From positions 120,652,001 to 120,716,000 of the forward strand of contig OZ024742.1 of assembly GCA_964016885.1 (NCBI GenBank): a stretch of DNA of 64,000 bases, in the 5' to 3' direction. Below, piece after piece: positions 43,401 to 56,835 of the stretch. Each line of letters begins with the position of its first letter. Position 1 is the first letter of the stretch. This DNA is from Eledone cirrhosa. Lineage: Eukaryota. The translations under genes and the position numbers were made by a program. Under the pieces are notes generated by a model that was given only the letters and a program-made list of their open reading frames with translations, was not told the DNA's origin and searched no databases.

Positions 43401-44408
43401 AAGAGTCCTGAATTGAGGTTAAGTGTAACATCTAGAAAATTAACTATCTTCAGGTTTTCTTCAAACACCATACTTAAGTCTATGTTGTTGAAGAATTTGC
43501 TTAGTTTTTTCCTCACCCTCTCTACCATACTATTATTATGATACGACACAGTAAACAAAACGTCGTCACGGTAAGCGCCACCTTCCAAGTGGGGCATTTC
43601 CACTCCAAGACAGTCGAGGATGTAGATGCCCACTAGATTCGTCACCTGGGCTGAGTCCGAGGATCCCATGGTGATGTCAAAATTGTCTGGTCAGTCTCTC
43701 CTAGTCCACAAGTCTTCGTTGAACTCGATTAAGGTTTTCCTAGCTAGGAGAATAATGTTAATTTCTTCAGATGTAAGGTCAGTGTGTAAGCTAGCAAAGT
43801 TTAGGGCCTTACCTAGAAGAGTTGGAGAGATCGAAGAGTAGTAGTTAGAGATATCAAACTGTATAAACTTAGTGCTATTCTTATTCTGCGATTTCTCAAA
43901 CCAGTTAATTACCTCACTAGTTCCTGACCATAATTTAAGCTTCGATCTCCTAACTAGTGTGGGGATTATTTTATCAAGGATGTTTTTACTCACGATTTCG
44001 AAGAGGCTATTAGCTTGACAGATCTTGACGATTCAAAGTTTATTTTGTGGTCTTTCAATAAAATCCTCGGAATTCTAGGATGGAAGGGCTCAGTTTTATT
44101 TTCAATACCCAGTTTAGTCATGACGTTTTGTAACCTAACTTTCGGTGCATACTGTGTTGGTTTATATTTTTTCTCTCTGTGTGTGTGAGTGTGTGTGTAC
44201 TCACTCACACTAATTGTAACCGACCGAAATTCTACAGATTTGATGTTGAGATTAGACCTGTCCAGCTATTGAAAGATAGAGACTTGATTGATTTATGACC
44301 CTGACTGAAGACGATAGCAGTTGGCGTGTTTTTGGCTGTTGAATCTTCATATGGAGAACAAAACTCTAGTGAGTGAACATCGTTAGTTTTTCCTCCCTCA
44401 TATCAAAG
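40468..44408 (-). mobile_element. 5'-truncated Penelope-like retroelement (Naiad-like) with inverted pLTR
   Basis: LKDHK, FDISNYYSSI, MGSSDSA, YRDD, NFLDVTL, CNC..CPLVGKCLTKNVVY, CNLCIAE motifs at ~41890-44165; 40606-40847 recurs inverted at 44178-44408. Confidence 0.9.
40510..40587 (-). ncRNA. Hammerhead motif in the 3' pLTR of the Penelope-like element
   Basis: Minus strand: ATTCAC CTGATGA [long stem II with ATCGATC/GATCGAT] GAAA CATGT GTC ATGATT; stem I imperfect. Confidence 0.6.
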
Positions 44409-44867
44409 TCCCAGCCCTTCTGACGCCAATCTGCCTTTCTGACCCCAAGCTGCCCCTCTGACCCAAATCCCTTATCATTCTCTGTCCTTCTTATGACCCG
44501 ACCTTAATTTCTTTGGAGACAGAGAGTTGGTGTCAACAAGTTTGGCGAGATGTACAAACACATATATACACACAAACATATATATACGTCTAAACCCATG
44601 CTTGCGTGGAAGATAGATGTTAAACGATGATGATGACACAAACACATATATATATATATATACAAACACACATATATATATATACATATAGACACACATA
44701 TATATACACACATATACACACCCACATATATATATATATATTAAGAAATCCATACAATTGCGTGTGTATCGTAACTTTCATTATTGAGACCTGTTGTAAA
44801 AAAAAACAAAAAACAAATTCACAGTGTCAAAAATTACTTTCACTTTCCAGACCGCCCGTCTTGACGT

Positions 44868-44916
<49 letters not shown>

Positions 44917-44918
44917 TT

Positions 44919-44987
<69 letters not shown>

Positions 44988-45035
44988 GAGAGAGAGAGGT
45001 AGGGTGAGAGATGTGTAAAAGCCTGACTGCAAATA

Positions 45036-45089
<54 letters not shown>

Positions 45090-45090
<1 letters not shown>

Positions 45091-45321
45091 CGAAGGAAAT
45101 GTGGTAAGGAAACAGGTGGACCATAACGCACCAAAGTACTCAATACTTAGGGTAGTAGAGTGGGTAATAGGAACGAGTAGGACCCCGATGGCTGAGCTCA
45201 AGCCGTTTCGACGGCTAATTCTGGACTAAAAAAAAAAAAAAAAAATTCTCTTTTGTTTTGTTTTTAGTCCAGAATTAGCCGTCGAAACGGCTTGAGCTCA
45301 GCCGTCGGGGTCCTACTCGTT

Positions 45322-45395
<74 letters not shown>

Positions 45396-45409
45396 TATAT
45401 AGGAACGAG

Positions 45410-45446
<37 letters not shown>

Positions 45447-45520
45447 GGAACGAGAAGGACCCCGACGGCTGAGCTCAAGCCGTTTCGACGGCTAATTCTG
45501 GACTAAAAACAAAACAAAAA
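45090..45520. mobile_element. Fold-back element family A, copy 3, plus extra arm
   Basis: Hairpin 45167-45326, tail 45090-45166, third arm ~45445-45520 and a stub aggaacgag at 45401, all inside (TA)n. Confidence 0.8.
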
Positions 45521-45527
45521 ATATATG

Positions 45528-45607
<80 letters not shown>

Positions 45608-45625
45608 ATACATATACATTAATAT

Positions 45626-45920
45626 ACGTGTAGAAGTAAAATACAGGAGAACAGACCGTTAAAACATGTTTATTTCAAACAGCACCAATAGAGGTGTTAT
45701 ATTAAATAAACATGTTTTAACGGTCTGTTCTCCTGTATTTTACTTCTCCACGTGCTTACGCTCTGCTAATTCTCTCGCCCACTAGATATTAACACTTCTA
45801 ATATTTAACATTGCCGGTACTAGTATTGAGCACCCTCTGCATACGCTATTTGGCAAATAACTACATGTATCACCTATCCCGCTTTCTCTCTCTCGATACG
45901 TAAATATTCTATATTAATAT
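45626..45920. mobile_element. Fold-back element (family C) with one-sided tail
   Basis: 50-bp arms 45626-45675 and 45704-45753; tail contains GTATTGAGCAC (45823-45833); TA-rich flanks. Confidence 0.65.
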
Positions 45921-46291
45921 ATATACATGTGTGTGTGTATGTGCGTATTTATGTATACATATATGAAGAGAATGAGTGATCTGATAGATAAATAGATACA
46001 GATGTAGATCAGGTGTTGCTTGTCTTCTGAAGAATTTTAAATTAAAAATATGAGAGGCAGTTTGCCATTGTCTTTCTCCAGACATTTAAAATCTAAACAT
46101 ACCAAGACTCCATAACTGTCATATACTGGCTAATCTTGATTATTTTTGTATCTGAAGCTTTATGAACATTCAGCTCAGAAGACGATTAAAGTTCTCTTGC
46201 TAATCATAAAATAAACAGCTTGTCCATTAAAGAATAATACTTGCCAAAATTAAATTATAATCCTTGCCAAAATTCGATATTTATCTTAAAA

Positions 46292-46334
<43 letters not shown>

Positions 46335-46360
46335 TATATATATATATATATATATTATAT

Positions 46361-46434
<74 letters not shown>

Positions 46435-48610
46435 GCTTGTCCTTATATATTATATTCTCAGAATTATCAAAACCTCTCAGTTACAGAAATTCTTTTCCCA
46501 CAGATGAAAGGTCAGTTCTGAAATATCATATTCTTCTCTTTCCATCATGCAAACTTATTTAAACTCATGAACTTCACTATATAGACAAAAGTTTTCTCTA
46601 TTAATGGAAGTGCAGCTAGCTAAGATGTTTGGTAGTATGGTCAAGGGTTCTTATTTTATCATCTGTATTGTAATGTCTTCATGACTGAAACTTCTCATTC
46701 AAAATGGCTTCATTTACCTAACTGTTAATAGATACCATCAACAAATCTTCTTTGATACCCTCTTTTGTTTCCAAATGGAATTAAATGGACCTCGATTAGT
46801 TTCAACAATTAGTCTTCCAGATGGTTGATCAGCTGATAAACCCTACTCATGAAATTAGCTTGTAAGTGGTTGAGCATACCATTAACATCTGAGAAAGATT
46901 CAGCTTGACACAGTGTATGATGAGCTTCTAGCCCTTTGAATTACAAGTACAATCCAACTGGTGGGCTTCATCTATCCACTTTCACTCACAAAACATGGAT
47001 CAACCTGCAGCTATGGTACATGACACTTGCTCAAGATGTCACACAATGGAATCAAATCTGAGATCGATTGATTGGGAAGTGAACTTCTAAACCATTTGTC
47101 TATGCTGTGTCGATAATGTAAGAGATGTGGTGCACTCAATACTAATGAAAACACTTCATCTTGGTCCCTACTCATTACTAGATCATCAGATTCTCTAAAA
47201 CTAATATTGTATCTGGCTAGATCTTCGTTAATTTTGGAAATGAGTCTTTTGAAAAGATGTTCAAACACAACAAGGGCCTGTTGCATTATATTGTGAGTCA
47301 AAACAATGTCTAGATGTATATGTTTCAAAACATGTTCAATCGGAATTAATCCATGTTCATACTCCTTCTGGTAACAGTAATGAATTTCAGACATCTTCAG
47401 GTGTACTTCAGGCAGACACACTAGTATTTTACCTTTTCATAATTTTTATTGATTATACAACATATCTTCTCTGAAAAAAAAGAAACTGGATATACTGTCA
47501 GAAAGAAACTATCCAGTAGATTTATTGCTGTAAAATTCCCTTTATTATCATTTGCTACTACTACTGTTGCAAATACAAATGATAACCTCTTAGCATCTCA
47601 AAGATAACTGACAAGTTTTGTAAGATTTGCAAAAATAAGTCTCAAAATCAATGAATTGCAAACCAAAGAAATATTTGTTGTTGATTTGAAATCTACAATT
47701 ATATATTCTATCTCAGAGGCTTGACTTCCTATTATAACAGATGTTTTAAATATCTTATATGTGATACAATAGACCAATGCTTTCCAAATTTTTTATTCAC
47801 AGTAAAACAAGTAAAATATCTTGGTGCACTTTGTACCTAAATTCAAAAATGTATTCAAAAGAGGTATTTATCATACATAGCATAAAGTAGAAATATAGAT
47901 AGTTGAAAATACAAAACATTCTTTGTATTTCAGTCTTTAGTCAATAAATGGAGCAAAATTATAAATGAGAAACCTATACTGGGTGTATTTTAGCAATGTT
48001 TTCATTCTTAGTTTAATGGGTTCCCACTTTGTAGGTTATATATAAACTTTATTATGAATTTCAATTTATATTTTTCACATTTTGAATTTGAAATAGACTC
48101 TTGCTCATCCACAGCACACCTAGTTACATCTTGCAACATACTAGTGTTTGAAATCCCATGGTTTGAGAACTACTGCAGTAGGCTGTTGGAATAATTTTAG
48201 ATGGAGATGCCTATTATGATAGGCTGCAGCATGAAAATTTTACTCTATTTAGAATTGTTCAGTCAATTATAGAATTAAAATGATACTTTTCAAAGCTTAC
48301 ACTAAAATGTTATATTCTATAATAGCAAAGCCTGGACAATAATAAAAACACTAGCAAAAGCAATAAATATTAGACATCACACTCTACAACTTCTACTTAA
48401 GAGTCCATTTTCCAGAAAAAAAAGGATAATGAATGGATAATTACTAGAGCACAAATTTTCTCACCAGACAGCATGAGTAGATGCATCACTATAAGCAATA
48501 TTATTATAATATAGTTCATGGATATTTAACAGAAATGTGTGGTGTATGTATATATTTTAAAGGAGCATTTCATACTTATATACTCCTCCGTCTTAGCAGT
48601 ATTATATAGA

Positions 48611-49089
48611 TGTAGTAGTCCTATTATAATTACCAGTTAAGCAGAGTTATAGAAGTAGTAATGTAATAGTTATAGCGCCATGAGTAACCAGTTCGGTAGA
48701 AAGATATGGTAGGAACATCGACAACGACTTTAGCTTGTTTTACATTATTTATTAACAAGGTTGAGCTGAGTAGAGCTGAGTAGAGCTGAGTAGAGCAGGC
48801 ATGCCAAGAGAAATAAAACAAACAAATTAAGATTTCAGAAAGGCTGAAGTGTTGCCAGGCCATGGTTAAATTGTTGTGTTACATATTGGCCAGTGATTTC
48901 ACGGCGAAAGAAAAGCAGTTGTTTACCTTAGCGCTGTTGAGGTGCAAGAGAGAGATTTCTCGAATCAGCGCGGGAATTTTCCCTCAGGGCGCGTAGAAAT
49001 ACATTCTCCTCCGCTGGCGGTCATTGGCTGGGCTGAGCCAAATAACGCACGGAGAATGTATATGAGCCCGCGGAATGTAGGTCACTACA
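48611..49089 (-). mobile_element. Probable solo LTR
   Basis: TGTAGT...ACTACA termini, CpG-richer than flanks, AATAAA on the minus strand near 48750; no clear TSD. Confidence 0.5.
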
Positions 49090-49836
49090 GATATTTTGTT
49101 AGCTTTCAGTGTTGTTGAATTTAAAATCCTCACTTCACATGAACATAAACATCTTTGAGTATGAGAGAGTGTGTGGTATGTTTTGCCAAGCTGCCTTACT
49201 TTAGTTACATTACATAAAGTTAAGATCTCCCAATAGTAAATTTAAGTGTCAATAGGGAGTTTCATGTGTTTATTTTTTTTTTCAGAGAGGAAATGACCAA
49301 GTGGATAATATATCAACCTATTGAATAACAAGCTGTGAGTTCCCATTTCCCATCTCACAGTAAGTATTTCATTATGTGAGGATTTGTGTCAATACAGGGT
49401 CCTCTACACAGCTGTTCAAACTGCTTGAAATAGCAGCCACATTTTCTTGGAAATTGAAGAAATGGATAATCTGTATATGATATGCCATGAAAGAAGATGG
49501 ATTGGTCAAATTATCTACATTACAATCTTTGTAGAGATTCTGTCTTTCAGCTTCTTAGGCACACAGATATAGAATATGAGATCTTTCAACACTGAACACT
49601 TCAATCTTGGTCATCTTATGCCATTTAAAAAAAATGTTTATTATCTTATAAAATCTACAAATTTGCTGCTACTGCTGTTCTTGTTGTTGTTGTAAGTTAG
49701 CTAGTTAGTATCTAACTAACACAAGGTGGTGGAGATGGTACACCAAGAACATAAGTTTTAACAAATAGACATTTCATGAATAATTTACAATTTCTAGTTT
49801 GGTTTAGACAAAGTTGTGAATATTTAACCAAGTATT

Positions 49837-50570
49837 ACTAGACCTGAAAAATGCGCAAGCTCAAAAGAGCCACAGAATGTTATAATAAACCTTCAAAAGT
49901 GTGGGACTAGAGTTGTTGTTCAAAAATATTGTAATCATTATCTATCGTACACTCGGTGGCATCCTTTTATAAAAAAGAGACTCATAACAAACTCAAGACA
50001 ACACGATTATTATTTAAGCTAATGTTCAATATCTCATATTAGATGTTTAGAAATGATTAATACGAAATGCACTTAAACCGAATTCTATATTATAAATTCA
50101 TTTAAATAATTATCGTGTCGTCTTGAGTTCGTTATGAGTCTCTTTTTTATAAAAGAGTGTATGATAGATAATGATTACAATATTTTTGAGCAACAACTCT
50201 AGTCCCACACTTTTGAAGGTTTATTGATTGTAATATGTCTAATAAATTGTTTTCGTCACAACACTGATTCTCCGCTTCTTATGTGATATCATACTCTGCT
50301 CTGTAAGAGCATCGAGTGCTCAAACGGCCTACCGTTTACTGAATTGGCAGTATCGGTAGAGGGTCAGACGCCATGCTTTGACACATAGAGTTACGGCCCT
50401 TGCCATTCTGAGTTCAAAGCCCGCCGAGGTTAACTTTGCCTTTCATCCTTACAGGGTCGATAAAATAAAGTACCAGTAATGTACTGGGTAATTGCTGGCC
50501 TTGTGCCAATAGTAGAAACAATTATAACATTCTGTGGCTCTTTTGAGCTTGCACATTTTTCAGGTCTAGT
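49837..50570. mobile_element. Long fold-back with an interrupted right arm
   Basis: 49837-49885 pairs with 50520-50570 and 49885-50020 pairs with 50100-50226. A ~290-bp insert including a SINE lies in the right arm. Confidence 0.75.
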
Positions 50571-50587
50571 TTAATATTTTTTTAAGG

Positions 50588-50643
50588 CAACGCTTGTAAT
50601 AACTCTAGTTAAACATGTTTAACTAGAGTTATTACAAGCGTTG
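50588..50643. repeat. 56-bp perfect palindrome
   Basis: caacgcttgtaataactctagttaaaca|tgtttaactagagttattacaagcgttg. Confidence 0.9.
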
Positions 50644-52876
50644 TATATATATTAATAATAAGCGTTGTATATATATTAATATTATATATTACATATTAAT
50701 AATATTATATATTAATATTATATATTACAAGCATTGTATATATATTAATAATAAGCGTTGGATTAATAATAAATTATCGTTGTAATGTAATTAGATTATA
50801 TAATTGTTATTTTATAAATGATCTTATAAATATTATTGTAAGATGTATAAAAATATTTTCAGACTTTTAATATAAACAACTACAAAAAACAATCAATATT
50901 AAATAAATATATTTTAATTAATAATTGTTATAGTTGAATTAATAAAAATTACATACAAATAGTCTAACATAATAATAAAAAAATAATCTAACATAATAAT
51001 AATAAAATAATCTAACATAAAACGAACAATAATATGGACAAATATACAAGTAAATATGATACAACCAATATTATAAGCATGTTATAACGAACTGAAAAAA
51101 AAAAATAGATAATATAAATTTAAAAAATCATATATAAATTAACAATATAACTTACCAAAACAAGAAAAATATTTTGATGATAAACGACGAAATACAGGAG
51201 GAAGATTCGAAACCGAAACGATAAATAAACGTGCAAACAATGTGGCGAATGCTTTTGAGCAACAATTACTCTCTTATTGGTTTATTAGCCAATAAGACAA
51301 TACATTATAAAAGATGTTTGGCAGGAATCACCATGGCCAGTGAAACCCCTTGAATTTTTTATTCACAAGCTACGCATATATGTCAGACACGCAGACTTAA
51401 AACATTCTGTTGTTAGTCACTGCATGTCTAACAGATGTAGATTATCTATTTGTTGTCTTCTCTTGATAAATCAGATCAACATTAATATTTGAACTCAGGA
51501 CTGAAATCTAAGGAACATCATGTCAATTACTCAAGATTAGTCAGTATTGCATTGCCTATTACCTTGTTTTTTATTCTTTAATCAGGGTCAGAATGTCAGT
51601 GCCCATAACTTTTTATGTTCCAGGTTCTCTAAGATTGGTTAGGGGAAGGGAGGCAGTTATCCTCATGCTTGTAAGAATGAATTCTGCTAAATGACAAGAT
51701 GGTGGTTTTAAACTGGATGACAGATTAAGGGAACCACTCATAAATGCAGAACACAAGGAGCTGTAAAAATACTCCAAGGAATTTCATTGAATTCTCTAAC
51801 TATCCCACCAACCCACTGTCCTGGACTGCTACTATATTTTATTGACCCCAAAGAGAGCAAAGAACTGAAATAAATGCTGCAAAGCAAATTTGTTCTACAA
51901 TCTGCTAGTCTATATTAATATTATGTTGACCATTTCTTCGTTAATGAAAATATTAGCACTTAGAAGTTCAAATTTATAACAAATTATTTATTATAAATAC
52001 ACAAAACTAAACAAGATTTTATAATGTTATATATTACTGATGAGCATAAATATCTCAAATAAAGTAAAATGAGTACATCATGAAATTGACTTCCAAAAGA
52101 TTATTGTCTATTTTATGACGCAGCAATTATGTTAGAATTATGAATAAGAATTAAATGGTAAGAAAAGTATCTTGAAATGAATCTGCTTCACAACACCTGC
52201 GATATCATCAATTAGTTTCATAAGAAAAGAAAAACAGCAATGAATTTCTAGTGAATATCTATAAAGAAAGAATGTTATAGAAAGATGCATTAGAATTTTA
52301 TAAGATAGACAGAAAACAATGTTAGCACATGAATAGGTATATACAATCTGTAATAGCATTTCAGGTGGGTTGAAACTGAACTAGTGTTTCATGTGCACTA
52401 AGTTGCATTAAAAGAACAGACAAAGCATGCATAATAGACAGATATAAATGTGATAACACTGGTGACAGACATGGTGGCAGTGGAGTGAGGGGATTGCTTG
52501 AATTAGTAAATATATTGTATTAGTGAAGAGAGCTAACAAGTAAACTGTCAAGAAAGGTTATAAGACAGCAGAAGGGGCTGGAGTTAGAATAGATGTAAAG
52601 ATTGTTGACAACACTCACACAGATTCTCCTTCCATACAAATAGATACTCAAGTAGAGCAAGAAGTTTGACAAGTATGTGATAACTTATGAAAGCATAACA
52701 GGAAATCAAAGAAAGCTAGAAGCTTATATGTAGATGATGAATGTGAATAATTTATCATTTACTACACTGATTCACTCTTCTGGTGAGAGTATTCAGTTTT
52801 TGCCTTGCATTACAGTATTGTTAATATGTCAGCAGAGAATCAACCCTAACACAGAAAAACAAATATACACACTCAT

Positions 52877-52995
<119 letters not shown>

Positions 52996-54289
52996 CACAC
53001 ATAACATAAACTTACATATAAATGCATGCACACACAAAGACATACTCACACCCACATATGTACATGTACATACATCATCATCATCATCACCGTTTCACTT
53101 CCATTCTTCCATGTTAGCATGGATCAGACGGATTGTCCTGTTGTGGGCAATGCCAGGTCAGATGACCATGTCTTCTTCATACAGAACTGATTTGGGCTTG
53201 ATTTCTACAGATGGATGCCCTTCCTAGTGCCAACCTCATTTACAGTGAGTGCTGCATGCTTTTTACCGTGATGCCTACACAACCACTTTACAGTGGGAGG
53301 GGGAAGTGGAGCATACTGTCTATATGCTTAAGCTTCAGCTTGTACCTGTGGGAGACACACATATATAAAAAAAAAAAACATAAACATACACATAAATGCA
53401 TGCACATACATAGACATACTCACACTCACATATACCCAAAGAAACACAAACATCCATACATATTCTTAGCCACAAAAAATAATAATAAATGAATAAAACT
53501 ATATAACTGATAGATTATTTATTGTTTGTGTTTTCCAACTACTGCTTTACTATCAGTCTATATCCACACTGAGTCTCTTTTGCTGCAACTACAATTGCCC
53601 TTACTCTAAAATTATCAATTGGTCACCATGCCACAAAGACTTCAATTTGTACTCATATCTTATCTCATCCCATTCCATATATTGTATCTTAAGTCCTCTC
53701 TTCAGATCCTATAATAAACATTTTGTTCTGTATTAGTTGCTAACAGACTTTAACCCTTTTCATACTAAACTGCCTGAAATCCCCTCCTTATTCAAACTGT
53801 TTCTTTTAAAAGGCTTAGATATATATCCAAAAACCTTCCAACACAATTTTATGTAAGAAATTTGGTTAAGTTATGCTCCAAGTGTTAACTTATTAATGAG
53901 AAAAATATATTATTACTAAATCTATTATAAATTCTTGACTTTTTTCAAAATTATTTGAAAATTATAGGCAGTTTGTTTTTTTTATTAAAGATATGTTAAT
54001 GAAAAGGTTAAGAATATAGTTATGAAAACTAATTAATTTGGGTCCTTTCCATTAGAAGTATGGTAAGAAAATGGCTAATTGAACTAATTGAGTCAGTTGC
54101 TTTTCTGTCAAATAATTGTTTCTACTTTTGGCACAAGGCCAGCAATTACCCAGTACATTACTGGTACTTTATTTTATCGACCCCGTAAGACCACAAGGAA
54201 GTCAACAAACAATGGGCCTCATCAATGTACATGATGAGTGACATCTCTTCAAGGAGAATGAGTTAGCAGATAAAGTCATGGTTGCATTA

Positions 54290-54310
54290 CAGCTGCTGCT
54301 GTTGCTGCTG

Positions 54311-54346
<36 letters not shown>

Positions 54347-54497
54347 ACCACCATACCCACCACCACTACCACTGCTGCCACTGCTACTACTATTATGACT
54401 ACCACCACCGCCACTACTACTACTACCACCACCACTACCACTGCTGCCACTGCTACTACTACTATGACTACCACCACCACCACCACTACTACTACCA

Positions 54498-54528
<31 letters not shown>

Positions 54529-54620
54529 CACTACTACTGCCACCACTGCTGCCGCCGCTGCTACTCTTACTACCACCACCACCACTGCTATCTACAACTA
54601 CTACTACCACCACCACCACC

Positions 54621-54691
<71 letters not shown>

Positions 54692-54712
54692 GACTGCTGC
54701 TACAACTACTAC
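54290..54712. repeat. (CTA/CCA/CCG)n array
   Basis: Direct trinucleotide mosaic. Confidence 0.95.
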
Positions 54713-54756
54713 TGTATGTATCAAAATGAATTGATGTCATAGAGTTACAGACTGAA

Positions 54757-54797
<41 letters not shown>

Positions 54798-55779
54798 TCA
54801 TTATCATCATCATCACCGTTTTACGTCCATTCTTCCACGCTAGCATGGGTTAGACGGGTTGTCCTGTTGTGGGCAATGCCAGGTCAGGTGACCATGTCTT
54901 GCTCATATATGGAACTGATTTTGGCTTGGTTTCTACAGCTGGATGCGCTTCCTAACACCAACCTCATTTACAGTGAGTGCTGGGTGCTTTTTTACCATGA
55001 TGTCTACACGACCACTTTACAGTGGGAGGGGGGTGGAGGCATACTGTCTATATGCTTCAGCTTCGGCTTGTACCCGTGGGAAGTGGGGTCTTCTGTATTA
55101 CTGCGTAACGCCAGAGGTCTCAGTCCTGTGTCATCGCCTTTGAGAGGTGCAATTGGGTAAGATCAGCTTTTATCACCTCATCCCAGGTCTTCTTGGGTCT
55201 CCCTAATCCAAGACTTCCATTGACTTTTATTGCTCTGCACCTTTTTATGCAGCTGTCAATGTAAATACATGTGGCATATAACTATATAGGAATAGGTTGT
55301 AACAGGAGCTTACACCATATTTGACTAAATAAAATTAGTCTGTTAGTTGGGATTAAAAAAAAAACCCTCTGAATGGAAAAAAGGATGAGTATTGATGTAC
55401 ATGGGACACGAACCCACATGTTTGGTTTGCTGGATCAATGTGTTACCATTATATTGGAATATTTATAATTTTTCCCTGGCAGAAGTCCTCTCTAGTCACA
55501 CAATTCCATTACTTTGATGCCTCTAACCAACAACACTTCAATTCTGTTGATTACATTTAAAATCACTCAACTAAGGTTTAGATAATTTATATCACTTTTA
55601 CAACCTTAAAAACTCTGTTTATAGGTGCGACAGTATAATATATTATTGTTTAATTGTCAAGCTTGGTTAAAGTGAGTCTGGTGAATAATTTACACTACTG
55701 AGAACATTATTTATCTTCTGGGAGATTTATATAAGCTAATTTTATTTGTTGGAATTATTCTGGCATTTCTCTAAATACA

Positions 55780-56835
55780 TCGCTAACTTGTACAAAGAAT
55801 TGGAATTGATGAGTTAATATCTGTATACAACAACTACAACGGTACGTGATGGGGCCCACCCACAGCCCCGGCAGACAGAATGGAGAAGAAGTTTCCCCAG
55901 GGGACAGCAAGGGAGACGCGCTGGAAAAACACTCCAGCTCGCGGGGCTCACACCTGCGGCTGGCCAGCTCAGCGCTTAAGGTAGTGAGTAAAGAGGTAGC
56001 CCTGGGGCCGAGGACACCAGAAGTCTCTACTGCCAAGGGTACGACCGCAAACCTGTCGGAGAGCGACCGGTATTTGAGGAGTTTGGCCCCCTCAGCCCGA
56101 CGTGCAGCAGAACCTGGGTCATCCGCAGACTGCACCAGGTTGCGGCTGCAGAAAGTGTTGGTGCAAGTGGCATCCCAAAACGAGGGGTTTGCCACTGCGG
56201 AACGGGAAAATGGTCATGCCATCTGACCTTTTGCCGTCCCCTCGATCCAGCCCCACCGGCTCAAGCTGGGAAGGGAAGCCTGCAGCGTCCAAGCCATGCT
56301 TAATGACCTCATTGAGGGCAGCATGGCGTGGAATGCGGCCAGCACTGTGGCGACAGGAAAGCGGGTGGAGGCCGAAAGAGTCCACGGTGGAACTTCAGTG
56401 ACATTGGTGTGGCTGGCAGATCCGGAGGCCGAGCCTCAGGGAAACGCCGATTCGCAGGCTATAGTTGTCTAGCTGCATGCCAGTGGAGAAGGAGGGCAGG
56501 GCATGGAGCCAGGCACCACTGTGGGGTTTGGAGGCCGCACAAAAATAAGCTGGTCGAGCTGGCACGTGAGCCTATCTGAGACTTCTGTTGTGTTTTGAAG
56601 AACACTGTTGACGAGGACGCAGCACGAGGTTACCAACGAAAGATACGCCGGCAAAGCTAGTGTGATCGGGGACCGGAGGCCAAGGCCACCATACCTGACA
56701 GGTAAAGTGGCCTGTTGCCACTCTATGTCATCAAACTTGACGTTGCATATCCTCTCGGCTGCTGCTCGGATACAAGTATCGAGGTCAGCGAGGAGAGATG
56801 TCTGGGTGTAGCATGGAGCATTGCAGAGTGTATAG
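55780..56835 (-). mobile_element. CRE-like non-LTR retrotransposon 3' part (RT thumb plus restriction-like endonuclease)
   Basis: QATLPVRYGGLGLRS; [54 protein letters not shown]; frameshifted. Confidence 0.85.

Noticed and set aside
52030-52080. CTGATGAG hammerhead-like string followed by atgagtac
   Set aside because: No GAAA and poor stems I and III; could be chance in AT-rich DNA.
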